Of a stretch of DNA of 64,000 nt, positions 1-9,557 are shown in pieces. The DNA comes from an uncultured delta proteobacterium (GTDB taxonomy: Bacteria > Desulfobacterota > Binatia > Binatales > Binataceae), in contig CAVWKW010000001.1 of assembly GCA_963755705.1 (NCBI GenBank), positions 12,777 to 76,776 of the forward strand. Reading direction: 5' to 3'. The translations under genes and the position numbers were made by a program. Each line of letters starts with the position of its first letter. Position 1 is the first letter of the stretch. The notes beneath the pieces are model-generated. The model had not been told where the DNA came from. It worked only from the letters and a program-made list of their open reading frames with translations, and made no database searches.

Positions 1-2205
1 GACCTTTTGGCCGTTGACAAAGAGTTGCCCAGTACCACCCTTGCCAACCCCGCCACCATCATAGTTGAACTCGAATTTGACTGTGACTTTACCGGCTGGA
101 AGCGCGTCTTTTGACTCGAGCGCGTAGCGCTCGCGATCAAGCCAGTTGTAGCAATACTTCAGCTTCCCGTCCTTCACATAGAGACTCCACCCGGCGAAGC
201 GTCCGCCCTGCGCGATGATCACGCCTTGCGCATTTTCTTGCGGTACCTCGAGTTCGGCGGTGATGGTGTGCGAGCGATTTTTGATGTCGAGAGTGGCGTT
301 CTCCAGCATCGCGGTCATCCCGGGATAAAGTGTCACCGAAGTCCGCCCCCACATCAGCGAAGGCCTGCCCGCAAGTGTTGGCACAAAACGCTCGATCCGC
401 CGATCGTCGAGCGGGAGGACGTTGTATTTTTCCGCTTCGGCGAGAAACAGGCGCTGAAGCGCCTTGAGCTTGTCCGGGTATTTCGCGGCGAGGTCCTGCG
501 ACTGACTGAAGTCGTCGTTTGTGTTGTAGAGCTCCCACTTATCCTCGCTGAACTTGGGCGGCGTGCTGACGACGTCCCACGGAATGCTATGCCGGGTCAC
601 CGCGGTCCAGCCGTCGTGATAGATCCCGCGGTTGCCAAACATCTCGAAGTATTGAGTGGTATGGGTTGTCGGCGCTTTGGCGTCGGCAAAGGAGTAGACC
701 ATGCTCACCCCTTCCATCGGTTTCTGCTTGATTCCGTCGACGGTCTTCGGCTGCGGCAGTTTTGCGGCGGCCAGGAGGGTCGGCGTGATATCGACCACAT
801 GATGCCACTGGGTGCGGATGCCGCCGGCGTCCTTGATGCCTGCGGGCCACGAAATCACCATGCCGTTGCGCGTGCCGCCGTAGTGCGAAGCGACCTGCTT
901 GGTCCATTGGAAGGGAGTATCGCCCGCGAGCGCCCATCCGACGGGAATGTGCGGAAAGCTGTTCGGACCGCCGATGTCGTCGAGATGCGCGAGTATATTT
1001 TGAGTCGTATCCGGAGCACCGTTGAACGCCGCCAGCTCATTGAGAGTCCCAAGCAGGCCGCCCTCCGCGCTCATGCCGTTGTCACCTGCGATGTAAATGA
1101 CAATGGTGTTGTCACGGACTCCCAATTCTTTGAGAGTATCAATCAATCGTCCAGTCTCGTGGTCCGCGTACTCGCCAAAGCCGGCGTAGTTTTCCATTAG
1201 CCGCGCGGCGACCTTCTTCTCGTCGGCGCTTAGCTGGTCCCAGTGCTGAACGCTGCCGGGCCAGGGCGCGAGTTGGGTCGTCGCGGGCACGACGCCGAGC
1301 TGCTTCTGACGCGCCAGGGTTTCCTCGCGATACTTGTCCCAGCCTTCATCGAACTTGCCGGCATACTTGTCCCGCCACTCTTTGGGCGTGTGATGCGGCG
1401 CATGCAGAGCGCCCGGCGCGAAGTAGATAAAGAATGGCTTGTCAGGCGTCATTGTATGCTGGAATCGCATCCAGGCGATCGCCTGATCGGTCATATCGGT
1501 CATGAAGTTGTAGCCCGGGGTGTGCGGAGGCTCGACGTGCGTCACGCCGTCGAAGATCAGCGGCGCCCACTGATTGGTTTCGCCGCCCAAAAAGCCATAG
1601 AACTTTTCGAAGCCGTCGCCGATTGGCCAACGGGTAAAAGGTCCGGAGATGCTCGTTTCCCAGACCGGGGTCTGATGCATCTTGCCGAAGGCTGCGGTGT
1701 TGTACCCGTTCAACTTGAAGATTTCGGCAACCGTGGCAGCCTGGTTCGGCCGCATACCAGTGTTTCCCGGTGCGCTGGTTGCCAGTTCGGTAATCGATCC
1801 CATCCCTACCGAATGATGGTTGTGCCCAGTCAGCAGGGCCTCGCGGGTCGGCGAGCAGAGCGCGGTGGTGTGGAATTGGGTATAGCGCAGGCCATCCTTT
1901 GCGAGCGCGTCGAGCGTGGGCATGTTGACGCCGCCACCGAAGGTGCTCGGTGCGCCGAAGCCGATATCGTCGAGCAAAATTACGACCACGTTGGGCGCAC
2001 CTTCAGGCGGGCGGAGCAGTTTGATCGGCGGAAACTTTGCGTCGCGCGCATCCAACGGTACTTTGCCCGGATATTTGTATTGCGTGTCAGGTATCGGCAA
2101 CTGAGTGCGATCGATTGGTTGCGCCCACGCGGGAACGATCCTCGCCGCGATCAGCAGGAACAATGAGGCTCCAAGAACCAAAAACAAGCTTCTGATCTTT
2201 TCCAT
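1..2205 (-). CDS. Arylsulfatase (Cys-type, signal peptide), 3' end beyond window
   Basis: Not in ORF track; 5' part hand-translated from ATG 2205 (RBS GAGAGG): MEKIRSLFLVLGASLLLL...APNVVVILLDDIGFG...HTTALCSPTREALLTGHNHH, with the formylglycine CxPxR motif. The + strand ORFs here are its antisense shadows. Confidence 0.92.
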   Translation of the reverse strand, partial: MEKIRSLFLVLGASLFLLIAARIVPAWAQPIDRTQLPIPDTQYKYPGKVPLDARDAKFPPIKLLRPPEGAPNVVVILLDDIGFGAPSTFGGGVNMPTLDALAKDGLRYTQFHTTALCSPTREALLTGHNHHSVGMGSITELATSAPGNTGMRPNQAATVAEIFKLNGYNTAAFGKMHQTPVWETSISGPFTRWPIGDGFEKFYGFLGGETNQWAPLIFDGVTHVEPPHTPGYNFMTDMTDQAIAWMRFQHTMTPDKPFFIYFAPGALHAPHHTPKEWRDKYAGKFDEGWDKYREETLARQKQLGVVPATTQLAPWPGSVQHWDQLSADEKKVAARLMENYAGFGEYADHETGRLIDTLKELGVRDNTIVIYIAGDNGMSAEGGLLGTLNELAAFNGAPDTTQNILAHLDDIGGPNSFPHIPVGWALAGDTPFQWTKQVASHYGGTRNGMVISWPAGIKDAGGIRTQWHHVVDITPTLLAAAKLPQPKTVDGIKQKPMEGVSMVYSFADAKAPTTHTTQYFEMFGNRGIYHDGWTAVTRHSIPWDVVSTPPKFSEDKWELYNTNDDFSQSQDLAAKYPDKLKALQRLFLAEAEKYNVLPLDDRRIERFVPTLAGRPSLMWGRTSVTLYPGMTAMLENATLDIKNRSHTITAELEVPQENAQGVIIAQGGRFAGWSLYVKDGKLKYCYNWLDRERYALESKDALPAGKVTVKFEFNYDGGGVGKGGTGQLFVNGQKV

Positions 2206-2337
2206 TCGAAGTTCCTCTCAGACTGATCGCAGAGGGATCGAGCGATGGGGGTTTCGTTGGCGTAGCTGTGAACCCAGCTATTCATAGCCGAGGCTGATTC
2301 ATGTCGCTATGCCTTGTTTGCTGCGGGAAAAGACAAT

Positions 2338-2412
2338 CAAACCACCAAGACAAGGAGGCACGAAGAAAGACACGAAGGCGGACGTGAAAAAAAGAGAGCG
2401 GGCCCCTTCCGG
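2338..2412. repeat. REP-like intergenic element (left copy)
   Basis: AAACCACCAAGACAAGGAGGCACGAAGAAAGACACGAAGGCGGA is an imperfect inverted repeat of 3198-3240; AAAAAGAGAGCGGG(C/T)CC recurs at ~3160-3176. Confidence 0.65.
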
Positions 2413-2502
2413 TTCACTCGAGGGCAAAAAATTGGTTGAAGAATCTCCAAGGCGAACGTAACATTTGCGTGCATAGCTCTGGAAATCAAAGGAGGTTTAT
2501 CG

Positions 2503-3066
2503 ATGAACATTTTTTCGCGTGGGTCGTGGACGGTAACGACCCTTTCAATCGCCGCGTTGAGCATCCTCGCGTCAGCAATCGCGTCGGGCGCGGCGTCATC
2601 GCCCAAACTCGCGAAATTCGAAGCGGTTGCGTCCGGGACACTGAGCCTCGCCTCGAGTTTTGCGGACTGCACTGAGTTGTCATGCCCAACGGGCGATGGA
2701 TGCTTCTGTTTTCAATTCAGTGGCCCGATATCTGGAAACCTGATTGGCGGCGGCTCGAATCTGGCGATGGAGACCAGCCAGGACTCGAGCACGACCACCC
2801 CTTCGGGAACCTCAGGGGTGAATTGCAATCCCGGTTCCGGGGCGGGCACGATCACAGCGAAATCCGGCGACACGGTCAGCTTCGACTTCTACGGCGAGTT
2901 CTGCACCACGGCGAATCTGGCGCGCCTGTTCAACGGCGTCTATCGGGTCAATGGCGGGACCGGAAAGTTCTCGACCGCTTTCGGCGGCGGAAGCCTCGAT
3001 TACGGTGAGATAACTCCGGGTGGACCGAACACTCCGGTTACGCTGACGGGCGCGCTGGCGAAATAG
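2503..3066 (+). CDS. Secreted Cys-containing beta-rich hypothetical protein (dirigent/allene-oxide-cyclase-like GGTG motif)
   Basis: AAGGAGG RBS, signal peptide, YRVNGGTGKFSTAFGGG motif, 6 Cys. Confidence 0.7.
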   Translation: MNIFSRGSWTVTTLSIAALSILASAIASGAASSPKLAKFEAVASGTLSLASSFADCTELSCPTGDGCFCFQFSGPISGNLIGGGSNLAMETSQDSSTTTPSGTSGVNCNPGSGAGTITAKSGDTVSFDFYGEFCTTANLARLFNGVYRVNGGTGKFSTAFGGGSLDYGEITPGGPNTPVTLTGALAK

Positions 3067-3111
3067 CGCGACTGCACTCCGCGGACTGGAAACCACGCCG
3101 AGGAATAATCC

Positions 3112-3240
3112 AACCACTGCGGCACCAAGATACCAGGGAAGACAAAAGACGGACCCGAGAAAAAGAGAGCGGGTCCTTCCTTCCGGAAGGACCCGCTTCT
3201 GCTTCGTGGCTTTTCTTCGTGCCTTGGTGCCTTTGTGTTT
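3112..3240. repeat. REP-like element enclosing a terminator hairpin
   Basis: CACCAAG-type left arm and CTTCGTG/CCTTGGTG right arm flank the 3168-3197 hairpin. Confidence 0.65.
3160..3197 (-). terminator. Rho-independent terminator downstream of DUF1329 gene
   Basis: Perfect 13-bp stem AGCGGGTCCTTCC-ttcc-GGAAGGACCCGCT with a T-tract on the minus strand. Confidence 0.7.
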
Positions 3241-3275
3241 AGGCCCGCCGCCGAGGCTACGAGGCTAATGCACGC

Positions 3276-4595
3276 TTAGAACGAAGCCGCGCGCACCATC
3301 GCGTCGGTGGTGAAGAACGAACGATCCACCGCGCCCATGTTGATGTACCAGCATTCGCGCTCCGGCGTCTCGATGCCCGGCAGATAGCACATCGTGGCCA
3401 AGCCGGATTGCACATCAGTCGAGCAGGCGCCGACGACGAAGGAACGCTTGAAGGGATAGATTGCGACCTTGGCATCCGGGACCGGACGGTCGCGGGTCGC
3501 CAGCCAATAGATGTGGCTACGGAACAGGTTTCCCCTCTGGTCGTAGGTGTCGATGTACGGCTCGAACCACATTTCGCCATCGAGATAGATGATCGTCTTG
3601 GAATCGAGCGCGTTGATCTTGCTCCGGTTGGGCAGAGCCTGGATGACGTAGAGGTGGCGCATTTCCCAAGCTTCGGGGCAGGCGCTGGTGCCGCCGTCGG
3701 TGGCGCAGCGCATCTCGGGAGAATGGATGGCGTGGATCGTCCCGAGCATGTTCTTCTCGCCCAGGAACTTGTAGTTGTACTCCTCGGTCTTGGGATTGAA
3801 GCCTGAATAGTGATCGGGATCCCAAGTGTGCGCGGAGGTTCCACCAGCCGTGGTCGATGAGCTCATGATGGACTCGTCAACGCGGCGGATACGGCGCGCA
3901 CCGGCGCCGAGGCTCCAGATCGCGTCGCCTTCCTTCGGATCGGCGTAGCGCCACCGGATGAAGCCGGTTCCGCGAATCTCCTGGGGTGAGAGCAGCGGAT
4001 AGAGCGCGAACAGCCAGTAGCGTCCGGTGGTCTTGAAGTCGGGATCGGCAGGAATCGGATCGACTTCAGTGCGGCCGACCAGATCGTAGCCGGCGTAGTG
4101 GCCGATCTGGAAGTACTCGATCTGTCCCGCCTGCGGCTGGCCCTTCTTTTCGTACGAAGAGTCGCAGTCATAGAAGCGCAGATCGTAGTCGTCGGTCGTG
4201 ATCGGGCGGAACACGTTGTTCCATACGACCTTGACCGCGACGTCCGGGTCATTCGGGTCGATCAACGGGAAAGGCTGTCCCGCGACGTAGCCGACCAGGC
4301 TTTTGTGGTCCTGGGTCAGACGGACCTGCGAGGAATATTTCTCGGTTGCATCTTTGTACGGCGGTGGCCAATCCACCCGCTCGGTCGGGACGATTTTCAT
4401 CGACATCCCGTGTTCGACTTTGTACAAGACTCCCGGCGAAACCAGGTCTTTGACCTTGTACGAGTTATCAGGAGTGATGAAGTCGCCAGGCTTTACTTGC
4501 GCGTGAGCGGTGATGCCCATGGCACCGAACGCGAACAGCGATAGAGCCGCGACGACCGTCACTCGCCATGACGACGTTCTCCAGAGCTTTCGCAT
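3276..4595 (-). CDS. DUF1329 family exported protein
   Basis: Signal peptide; AGQPFPLIDPNDP, ARRIRR, YKFLGEK, DTYDQRGNLFR and FTTDAM motifs typical of DUF1329. Confidence 0.8.
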   Translation of the reverse strand: MRKLWRTSSWRVTVVAALSLFAFGAMGITAHAQVKPGDFITPDNSYKVKDLVSPGVLYKVEHGMSMKIVPTERVDWPPPYKDATEKYSSQVRLTQDHKSLVGYVAGQPFPLIDPNDPDVAVKVVWNNVFRPITTDDYDLRFYDCDSSYEKKGQPQAGQIEYFQIGHYAGYDLVGRTEVDPIPADPDFKTTGRYWLFALYPLLSPQEIRGTGFIRWRYADPKEGDAIWSLGAGARRIRRVDESIMSSSTTAGGTSAHTWDPDHYSGFNPKTEEYNYKFLGEKNMLGTIHAIHSPEMRCATDGGTSACPEAWEMRHLYVIQALPNRSKINALDSKTIIYLDGEMWFEPYIDTYDQRGNLFRSHIYWLATRDRPVPDAKVAIYPFKRSFVVGACSTDVQSGLATMCYLPGIETPERECWYINMGAVDRSFFTTDAMVRAASF

Positions 4596-4826
4596 GAACA
4601 GCCTCCGAAAGGTTTATGGCGGCTTGATTGCCGCGGTACTCCCCGAAAGGGGATCATTAGGGAAACTTTCGGGATTTGTCAAACTTTCACCATACCGGTC
4701 GTTTAACAGATTCGACGCTCCGGTCCCGACCACAAGAACGACTAATGCAGGATCAGATAAACCATAGGTTTTACAAGGAGATTTACGCGATCGAGCCGAA
4801 AGGACTAGCCGTATTCCGGGTCATTT

Positions 4827-4940
4827 CCGACACAGTGTCGGTAGCATCGCCAAGCCTAACGAGCATTAGCCAAGCTGCTTATCTGGAAGAAGGAACGAGC
4901 GCGAAGAGCTCGCGAAAATTCCCGACACTATGTCGGTAGC
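4827..4940. promoter_or_regulatory. Two palindromic CCGACA-N3-TGTCGG(TAGC) boxes, putative transcription-factor sites
   Basis: 4827-4841 CCGACACAGTGTCGG and 4922-4936 CCGACACTATGTCGG, both followed by TAGC, in a divergent intergenic region. Confidence 0.5.
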
Positions 4941-5069
4941 TGGAACGAGGCTGGCGCTGCATCAACGAGCCCACAAATAAAAGAAAAAGGCGGCCACGAA
5001 GACTCCAGGAACGAGGAACCGATGCGGTCGGTCCGTGACTCGCGAGAGCTGGCGAGTCATTCTTGGTGT

Positions 5070-5906
5070 ATGAACACGACCGTGCCGTTTGAGGATCGCC
5101 GCGGCGAGCTAATTGCCCGCGCGATCGAGGTTTTCTCGCAGGATTCGCGATTTTCGGCCGGATGGCTCGAAGGAAGCCTTGCCGACGGTTCGGCGGATTC
5201 GTATTCGGATATCGATCTGTACCTGTGCGTCGAGGAAAAGGCGTGGGACGAGGTCTGGCCGAATCGGCTGAAGGTGATAGGCGAGCTGGTGCCGATTCTC
5301 GCCTCGCTCGATATAGCAGGCGCGTCGGGGGTCGGATGCCTGGCGGAGGGACCGGTCAAGCTCGACGTATTTTTCGAGCGCGAAAGCACGTTGGGATCGC
5401 ATCCGAGGGTCGCGGTGAAGCGGCTTTGGGGAGAGGAGCGAATTTACGCGCAGCTCAAGCTCGGCGAGGATCGCGGTGAGGCGGCGATCAAAGCGGCGCT
5501 GCGCCACGGCGTCCTGGGATTTCTGCAGGGGGCGACGTGGCCAGTGCGGATTCTCGCGCGCAGACAGGTCAACACGTTTCTGTTCAACGAGATCCTGCTG
5601 GTCGAGACCGGGATTATCCCGCTGATGCTGCTGGAGAAGGATCGGCGCGCGTTTCATCGCAACATGTTCACGCGGGCGAAGATGATTTCCGCCGACGAAC
5701 AGGGGCAATGCGCACGGATCGTCGATCAGATATGCGCCGCGGTGCGGGCGGGCGATCGCGCCGCGATGCGCGAGGTTCATATAGAGATCTTCCGCAGGAT
5801 CTGCGGCCTTGGGCGGGCGGCGTTCGCGCGCTATGGGATGGAGTTCCCGCCGCGGGTCGAGGAGGAGATGGTGGCGTTTTACACGCGCGAATGGCCGCTG
5901 GAATAA
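5070..5906 (+). CDS. Pol-beta superfamily nucleotidyltransferase with helical C-terminal domain
   Basis: GSLADGSADSYSDIDL (GS..DxD) motif; start at 5070 or 5022. Confidence 0.75.
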   Translation: MNTTVPFEDRRGELIARAIEVFSQDSRFSAGWLEGSLADGSADSYSDIDLYLCVEEKAWDEVWPNRLKVIGELVPILASLDIAGASGVGCLAEGPVKLDVFFERESTLGSHPRVAVKRLWGEERIYAQLKLGEDRGEAAIKAALRHGVLGFLQGATWPVRILARRQVNTFLFNEILLVETGIIPLMLLEKDRRAFHRNMFTRAKMISADEQGQCARIVDQICAAVRAGDRAAMREVHIEIFRRICGLGRAAFARYGMEFPPRVEEEMVAFYTREWPLE

Positions 5907-5927
5907 GAAAGAATCAGGCGGGCAGGA

Positions 5928-5976
5928 AAACACCAAGGCACGAAGGAAGAACGGGCTGCCTGGTGCCTTGGTGTTT
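5928..5976. repeat. REP-like inverted repeat between convergent genes
   Basis: Perfect 14-bp arms AAACACCAAGGCAC / GTGCCTTGGTGTTT, same family as the 2338 and 3198 elements. Confidence 0.65.
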
Positions 5977-5988
5977 CTCTGGTCTTCG

Positions 5989-6348
5989 TCAGGAGTTGGG
6001 GTCTACGCCCCACTTTTTCTTGTTTTCGGCGACCTGCTCTGAGGTTGGATGCTCGGTTTGCACGAAAAGCTTGACTTTGAACCGGTCCATGATGTCGAGC
6101 ATTGCATGGTTCAAGTCGATATCGTCCTTCAAGACGTCGGGAACCGCGGGTTCCTCGAAAATTGCCTGCCAAGGGCATTCGGGTTCGCACGCGCCGCAGT
6201 CGATACACTCGTCGGGATTGATGTATAGCTGGTTGGGAAATTTTTCCTTGTCGGCGCCGACGTACTCATAGATGCAGTCAACCGGGCATACGCTAACGCA
6301 TCCGGTATCAAGGCAATCGCGGCAAAGCCGTGTAATCGTCCAGGGCAT
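5989..6348 (-). CDS. fdxA: 7Fe ([3Fe-4S][4Fe-4S]) ferredoxin
   Basis: [17 protein letters not shown] and [12 protein letters not shown] motifs. Confidence 0.88.
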   Translation of the reverse strand: MPWTITRLCRDCLDTGCVSVCPVDCIYEYVGADKEKFPNQLYINPDECIDCGACEPECPWQAIFEEPAVPDVLKDDIDLNHAMLDIMDRFKVKLFVQTEHPTSEQVAENKKKWGVDPNS

Positions 6349-6480
6349 GGGTTATCAATCCTCTCGTCTTGCTTCTCCCATTGAGGAGCGTACGGTCCAT
6401 AAGCTACATCGGCATGAGCTGTCAAGAAAGGTCTGCGGACGGGGCGGCGAGAGAGAAATGGCCGTGAAAGGAAGATTGAG

Positions 6481-7899
6481 ATGAGCACTAGCCACGATAA
6501 GGCGGGCGGATCCGTGCGGGTCGAGACCGATTCGATGGGCGCGATCGAGGTTAAGAGCGATCGCTACTGGGGTGCGCAGACTGAGCGCTCGCTGCTGCAT
6601 TTCGCGATCGGCAGGGACAGGATGCCGCGCGGAGTGATTCGCGCCTTTGGGCTTCTGAAAAAAGCGGCGGCCGAGGTTAATCGCGATCTGAAAAAGCTGC
6701 CCGAGGACAAGGCGCGGCTGATGATCGCGGCCGCCGACGAGGTGGTCGCCGGGAAGCTCGACGAGCATTTTCCACTGCGCATCTGGCAGACCGGCAGCGG
6801 CACTCAGACCAATATGAACGCCAACGAGGTTATCTCGAACCGCGCGATCGAGCTGGCCGGCGGAGTGCTCGGCAGCAAGAAGCCGATACATCCGAACGAC
6901 GACGTCAACATGTCGCAATCCTCGAACGATACGTTCCCGACGGCGATGCATATAGCGGCGGCCGAAGAGCTGGTGCATCTGCTGATCCCCGCGGTCAAGA
7001 TTTTGCGCGACGCGCTGGCGAAAAAATCGGCGGAGTTCGCCTCGATCGTGAAGACCGGACGGACGCATCTGATGGACGCGGTGCCGCTGACGCTCGGGCA
7101 GGAATTTTCGGGCTACGTGGCGCAGCTCGACGCGGATTTGAAGCGGATCGAGATGGTGCTGCCCGACATCTACGAGCTTGCGATCGGCGGCACGGCGGTC
7201 GGGACCGGGTTGAATACGCATCGCGAATTCGCCGAGCGGGTGGCGGCGAAAATCGCGGAGTACACCGGGTTGCCCTTCACCTCGGCGCCGAACAAGTTTG
7301 CGGCGCTCGCGGCGCACGACGCGCTGGTGATGGCTTCGGGAGCGCTTCGGACGCTTGCGTGCTCGCTGATGAAGATCGCCAACGACATCCGCTGGATGGG
7401 CTCGGGGCCGCGCTGCGGACTGGGCGAATTGTCGCTGCCAGAGAATGAGCCAGGGTCGTCGATTATGCCGGGCAAGGTTAATCCGACCCAGAGCGAGGCG
7501 ATGACGATGGTGTGCCTGCAGGTGCTGGGCAACGACACCGCGATCGCGGCGGCGGGCACGCAGGGAAATTTCGAGCTCAACGTTTTCAAACCGATCATCA
7601 TCCACAACTTCATGCATTCGGCGAGCCTGCTGGCGAACTCATGCGTGTCGTTCAGCAAATACTGCGTCGAAGGGATCGAGCCGAATCGCGAGCAGCTCGC
7701 GCGCAACGTCGGCAATTCGCTGATGCTGGTGACGGCGCTCAGCCCGCATATCGGGTACGACAACGCGGCCAAGGTGGCGAAGAAGGCGCACGCCGAAGGA
7801 ACGACGCTGCGCGAGGCGTGTATCGCGCTGGGACTGCTCAAGGGCGAGGACTTCGATCGGCTGGTGCAGGTGGAAAAGATGCTCGGGCCCGAAGATTAA
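6481..7899 (+). CDS. fumC: Class II fumarate hydratase
   Basis: [13 protein letters not shown] signature, [21 protein letters not shown]. Confidence 0.97.
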   Translation: MSTSHDKAGGSVRVETDSMGAIEVKSDRYWGAQTERSLLHFAIGRDRMPRGVIRAFGLLKKAAAEVNRDLKKLPEDKARLMIAAADEVVAGKLDEHFPLRIWQTGSGTQTNMNANEVISNRAIELAGGVLGSKKPIHPNDDVNMSQSSNDTFPTAMHIAAAEELVHLLIPAVKILRDALAKKSAEFASIVKTGRTHLMDAVPLTLGQEFSGYVAQLDADLKRIEMVLPDIYELAIGGTAVGTGLNTHREFAERVAAKIAEYTGLPFTSAPNKFAALAAHDALVMASGALRTLACSLMKIANDIRWMGSGPRCGLGELSLPENEPGSSIMPGKVNPTQSEAMTMVCLQVLGNDTAIAAAGTQGNFELNVFKPIIIHNFMHSASLLANSCVSFSKYCVEGIEPNREQLARNVGNSLMLVTALSPHIGYDNAAKVAKKAHAEGTTLREACIALGLLKGEDFDRLVQVEKMLGPED

Positions 7900-7917
7900 G
7901 CCGGGCAATGGGGAGGA

Positions 7918-8994
7918 TTGAGCACGATGCGGCGATGGGCGGATGCGGCGGTGATGGTGATGCTGGCGATGCTGATGCTGTCGCGCCCGATCGCGGCGTT
8001 GGCGGCTGACTCGACGCGGCCGCCGTATGATCATGATCCGGGTGCGGAGCCGCCGATCGTCGGCGGCAAGCCGGTGGTGGTTTCGGTCAGCCTGCACGTT
8101 ATCAACCTGTCGAAGATCGACGATTCGGCGCAGCATTTCGATATCGACGGGTACCTGTTCGCGCGCTGGAACGATCCGCGCCTTGGATACGTGTCGAAGG
8201 GTCCCGCTGATCTGATACGGACCTACCGGATGGGCGAGATCTGGACGCCGCGGCTCGAGTTCGTCAATGCGACCTCACCGCGGACGATTCACGATACGTC
8301 GATCAGCGTTGCGCCGAATGGCGACGTTACCTATGTCGAGCGCTTCAACGCGGAGCTGTCGGCCCGATTCGAGCTCAAGCGGTACCCGTTCGACACTCAG
8401 GACCTCGACATTTTCGTGCATCCGTTTATCGCTGACGCGAACCAAATCATTTTCACGCTGCGGGATTCTGACGTCTGGACCGCGAGCGAGTTCAATGTCT
8501 ACAGCTCGCTGGCGCAGTGGGACCTGAAGGTGATGCAGCCGACCCTGCATGTACATCAGGAAAAATCCGGGACGATAGCTGGAGTGCGGTTTGGAATACA
8601 GGTGACGCGGCGCTCGGCGTATTACGTCTGGAAGGTGTTCGTGCCGCTGGTCCTGATGGTGTGCGTATCGTGGGGAGTATTCTGGATCGAGCCGCACGAT
8701 CTGAACTCACAGATTGCGGTTTCGGTGACCACGATACTGACGGTGATCGCGTTTGCGTTCGCGATCTCGTCGAGCATGCCGCGGGTGCCCTACCTGACCT
8801 ATATCGATGCGTTCTTTTTGCAATGCTATGTGTTCGTGTTCCTTGCGTTCACCGAGATCATGATCGTGCACGTGACGCATAGTTCGGACCGGCGGCGCGA
8901 CCTTGGGCTCAAGGTTCGCAACTGGTCGCGGATTTTGGTGCCGTCGGCGTTTGTGATCTCGAACGTGGTAATCGCGGTCCGGTTTTTGGGATAG
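7918..8994 (+). CDS. Prokaryotic pentameric ligand-gated ion channel (GLIC/ELIC-like)
   Basis: Signal peptide, WNDPRL, IWTPRLEFVN, Pro-loop RYPFDTQ, four TM helices with the M2-M3 motif MPRVPYLT. Confidence 0.9.
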   Translation: MSTMRRWADAAVMVMLAMLMLSRPIAALAADSTRPPYDHDPGAEPPIVGGKPVVVSVSLHVINLSKIDDSAQHFDIDGYLFARWNDPRLGYVSKGPADLIRTYRMGEIWTPRLEFVNATSPRTIHDTSISVAPNGDVTYVERFNAELSARFELKRYPFDTQDLDIFVHPFIADANQIIFTLRDSDVWTASEFNVYSSLAQWDLKVMQPTLHVHQEKSGTIAGVRFGIQVTRRSAYYVWKVFVPLVLMVCVSWGVFWIEPHDLNSQIAVSVTTILTVIAFAFAISSSMPRVPYLTYIDAFFLQCYVFVFLAFTEIMIVHVTHSSDRRRDLGLKVRNWSRILVPSAFVISNVVIAVRFLG

Positions 8995-9135
8995 CAGCGT
9001 TGCCGAACCTATTGGAAATTGTTGTATCCGTATCTATGCCGCCCAAGAAGTGAATTGCCGGCCGGTATTTGTCGGAAAAGACGTTTCCGTGAGACACTTA
9101 CTATATTCAAGGTTTGGAACCTTCCGAGGAGAAAC

Positions 9136-9534
9136 ATGGTCAAAAAAATCAAAAGGACCGATGAGGAGTGGCGCAAAGAGCTGACGCCGCTCCAATTCGC
9201 GGTGACCCGCGAGAAAGCCACCGAGGCGCCCTTTTCCGGCGAGTACGAAACAGTCACGACGCCCGGCCTCTATCGATGTGTCTGCTGCGGCGAGACTTTG
9301 TTTGAGTCGGATACCAAGTTCGACGCCGGATGCGGCTGGCCCAGCTTCACGAAGCCCGCGGCCGACGGACTGATCACCGAAGAAGCGGATCGAAGCCACG
9401 GAATGGTCCGCACGGAAGTAATGTGCGCCAAGTGCGACGCGCATCTGGGACACGTGTTCGAAGACGGCCCCGAGCCCACCGGACTTCGCTACTGCATCAA
9501 CTCCGCCTCGTTGAAACTTGATCCAAAAAAATGA
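9136..9534 (+). CDS. msrB: Peptide methionine sulfoxide reductase B
   Basis: [23 protein letters not shown], two CxxC Zn motifs; GAGGAG RBS before ATG 9136. Confidence 0.96.
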   Translation: MVKKIKRTDEEWRKELTPLQFAVTREKATEAPFSGEYETVTTPGLYRCVCCGETLFESDTKFDAGCGWPSFTKPAADGLITEEADRSHGMVRTEVMCAKCDAHLGHVFEDGPEPTGLRYCINSASLKLDPKK

Positions 9535-9557
9535 ACCTCTGAGCCATTGAGTTGTTG

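Noticed and set aside
226-2166. Long + strand ORFs 226-1200 and 1243-2166
   Set aside because: Antisense shadows of the minus-strand arylsulfatase, which has a clear CSPTR motif.
2338-5976. CRISPR array suggested by recurring short repeats
   Set aside because: The repeats are degenerate, inverted and dispersed, with no regular spacers and no cas genes.
6355-7617. 420-aa minus-strand ORF
   Set aside because: Antisense to fumC; Arg-rich with no motifs, typical of high-GC DNA.
9136-9534. MsrB as a possible selenoprotein
   Set aside because: The catalytic codon is TGC (RYCINS); there is no in-frame UGA.
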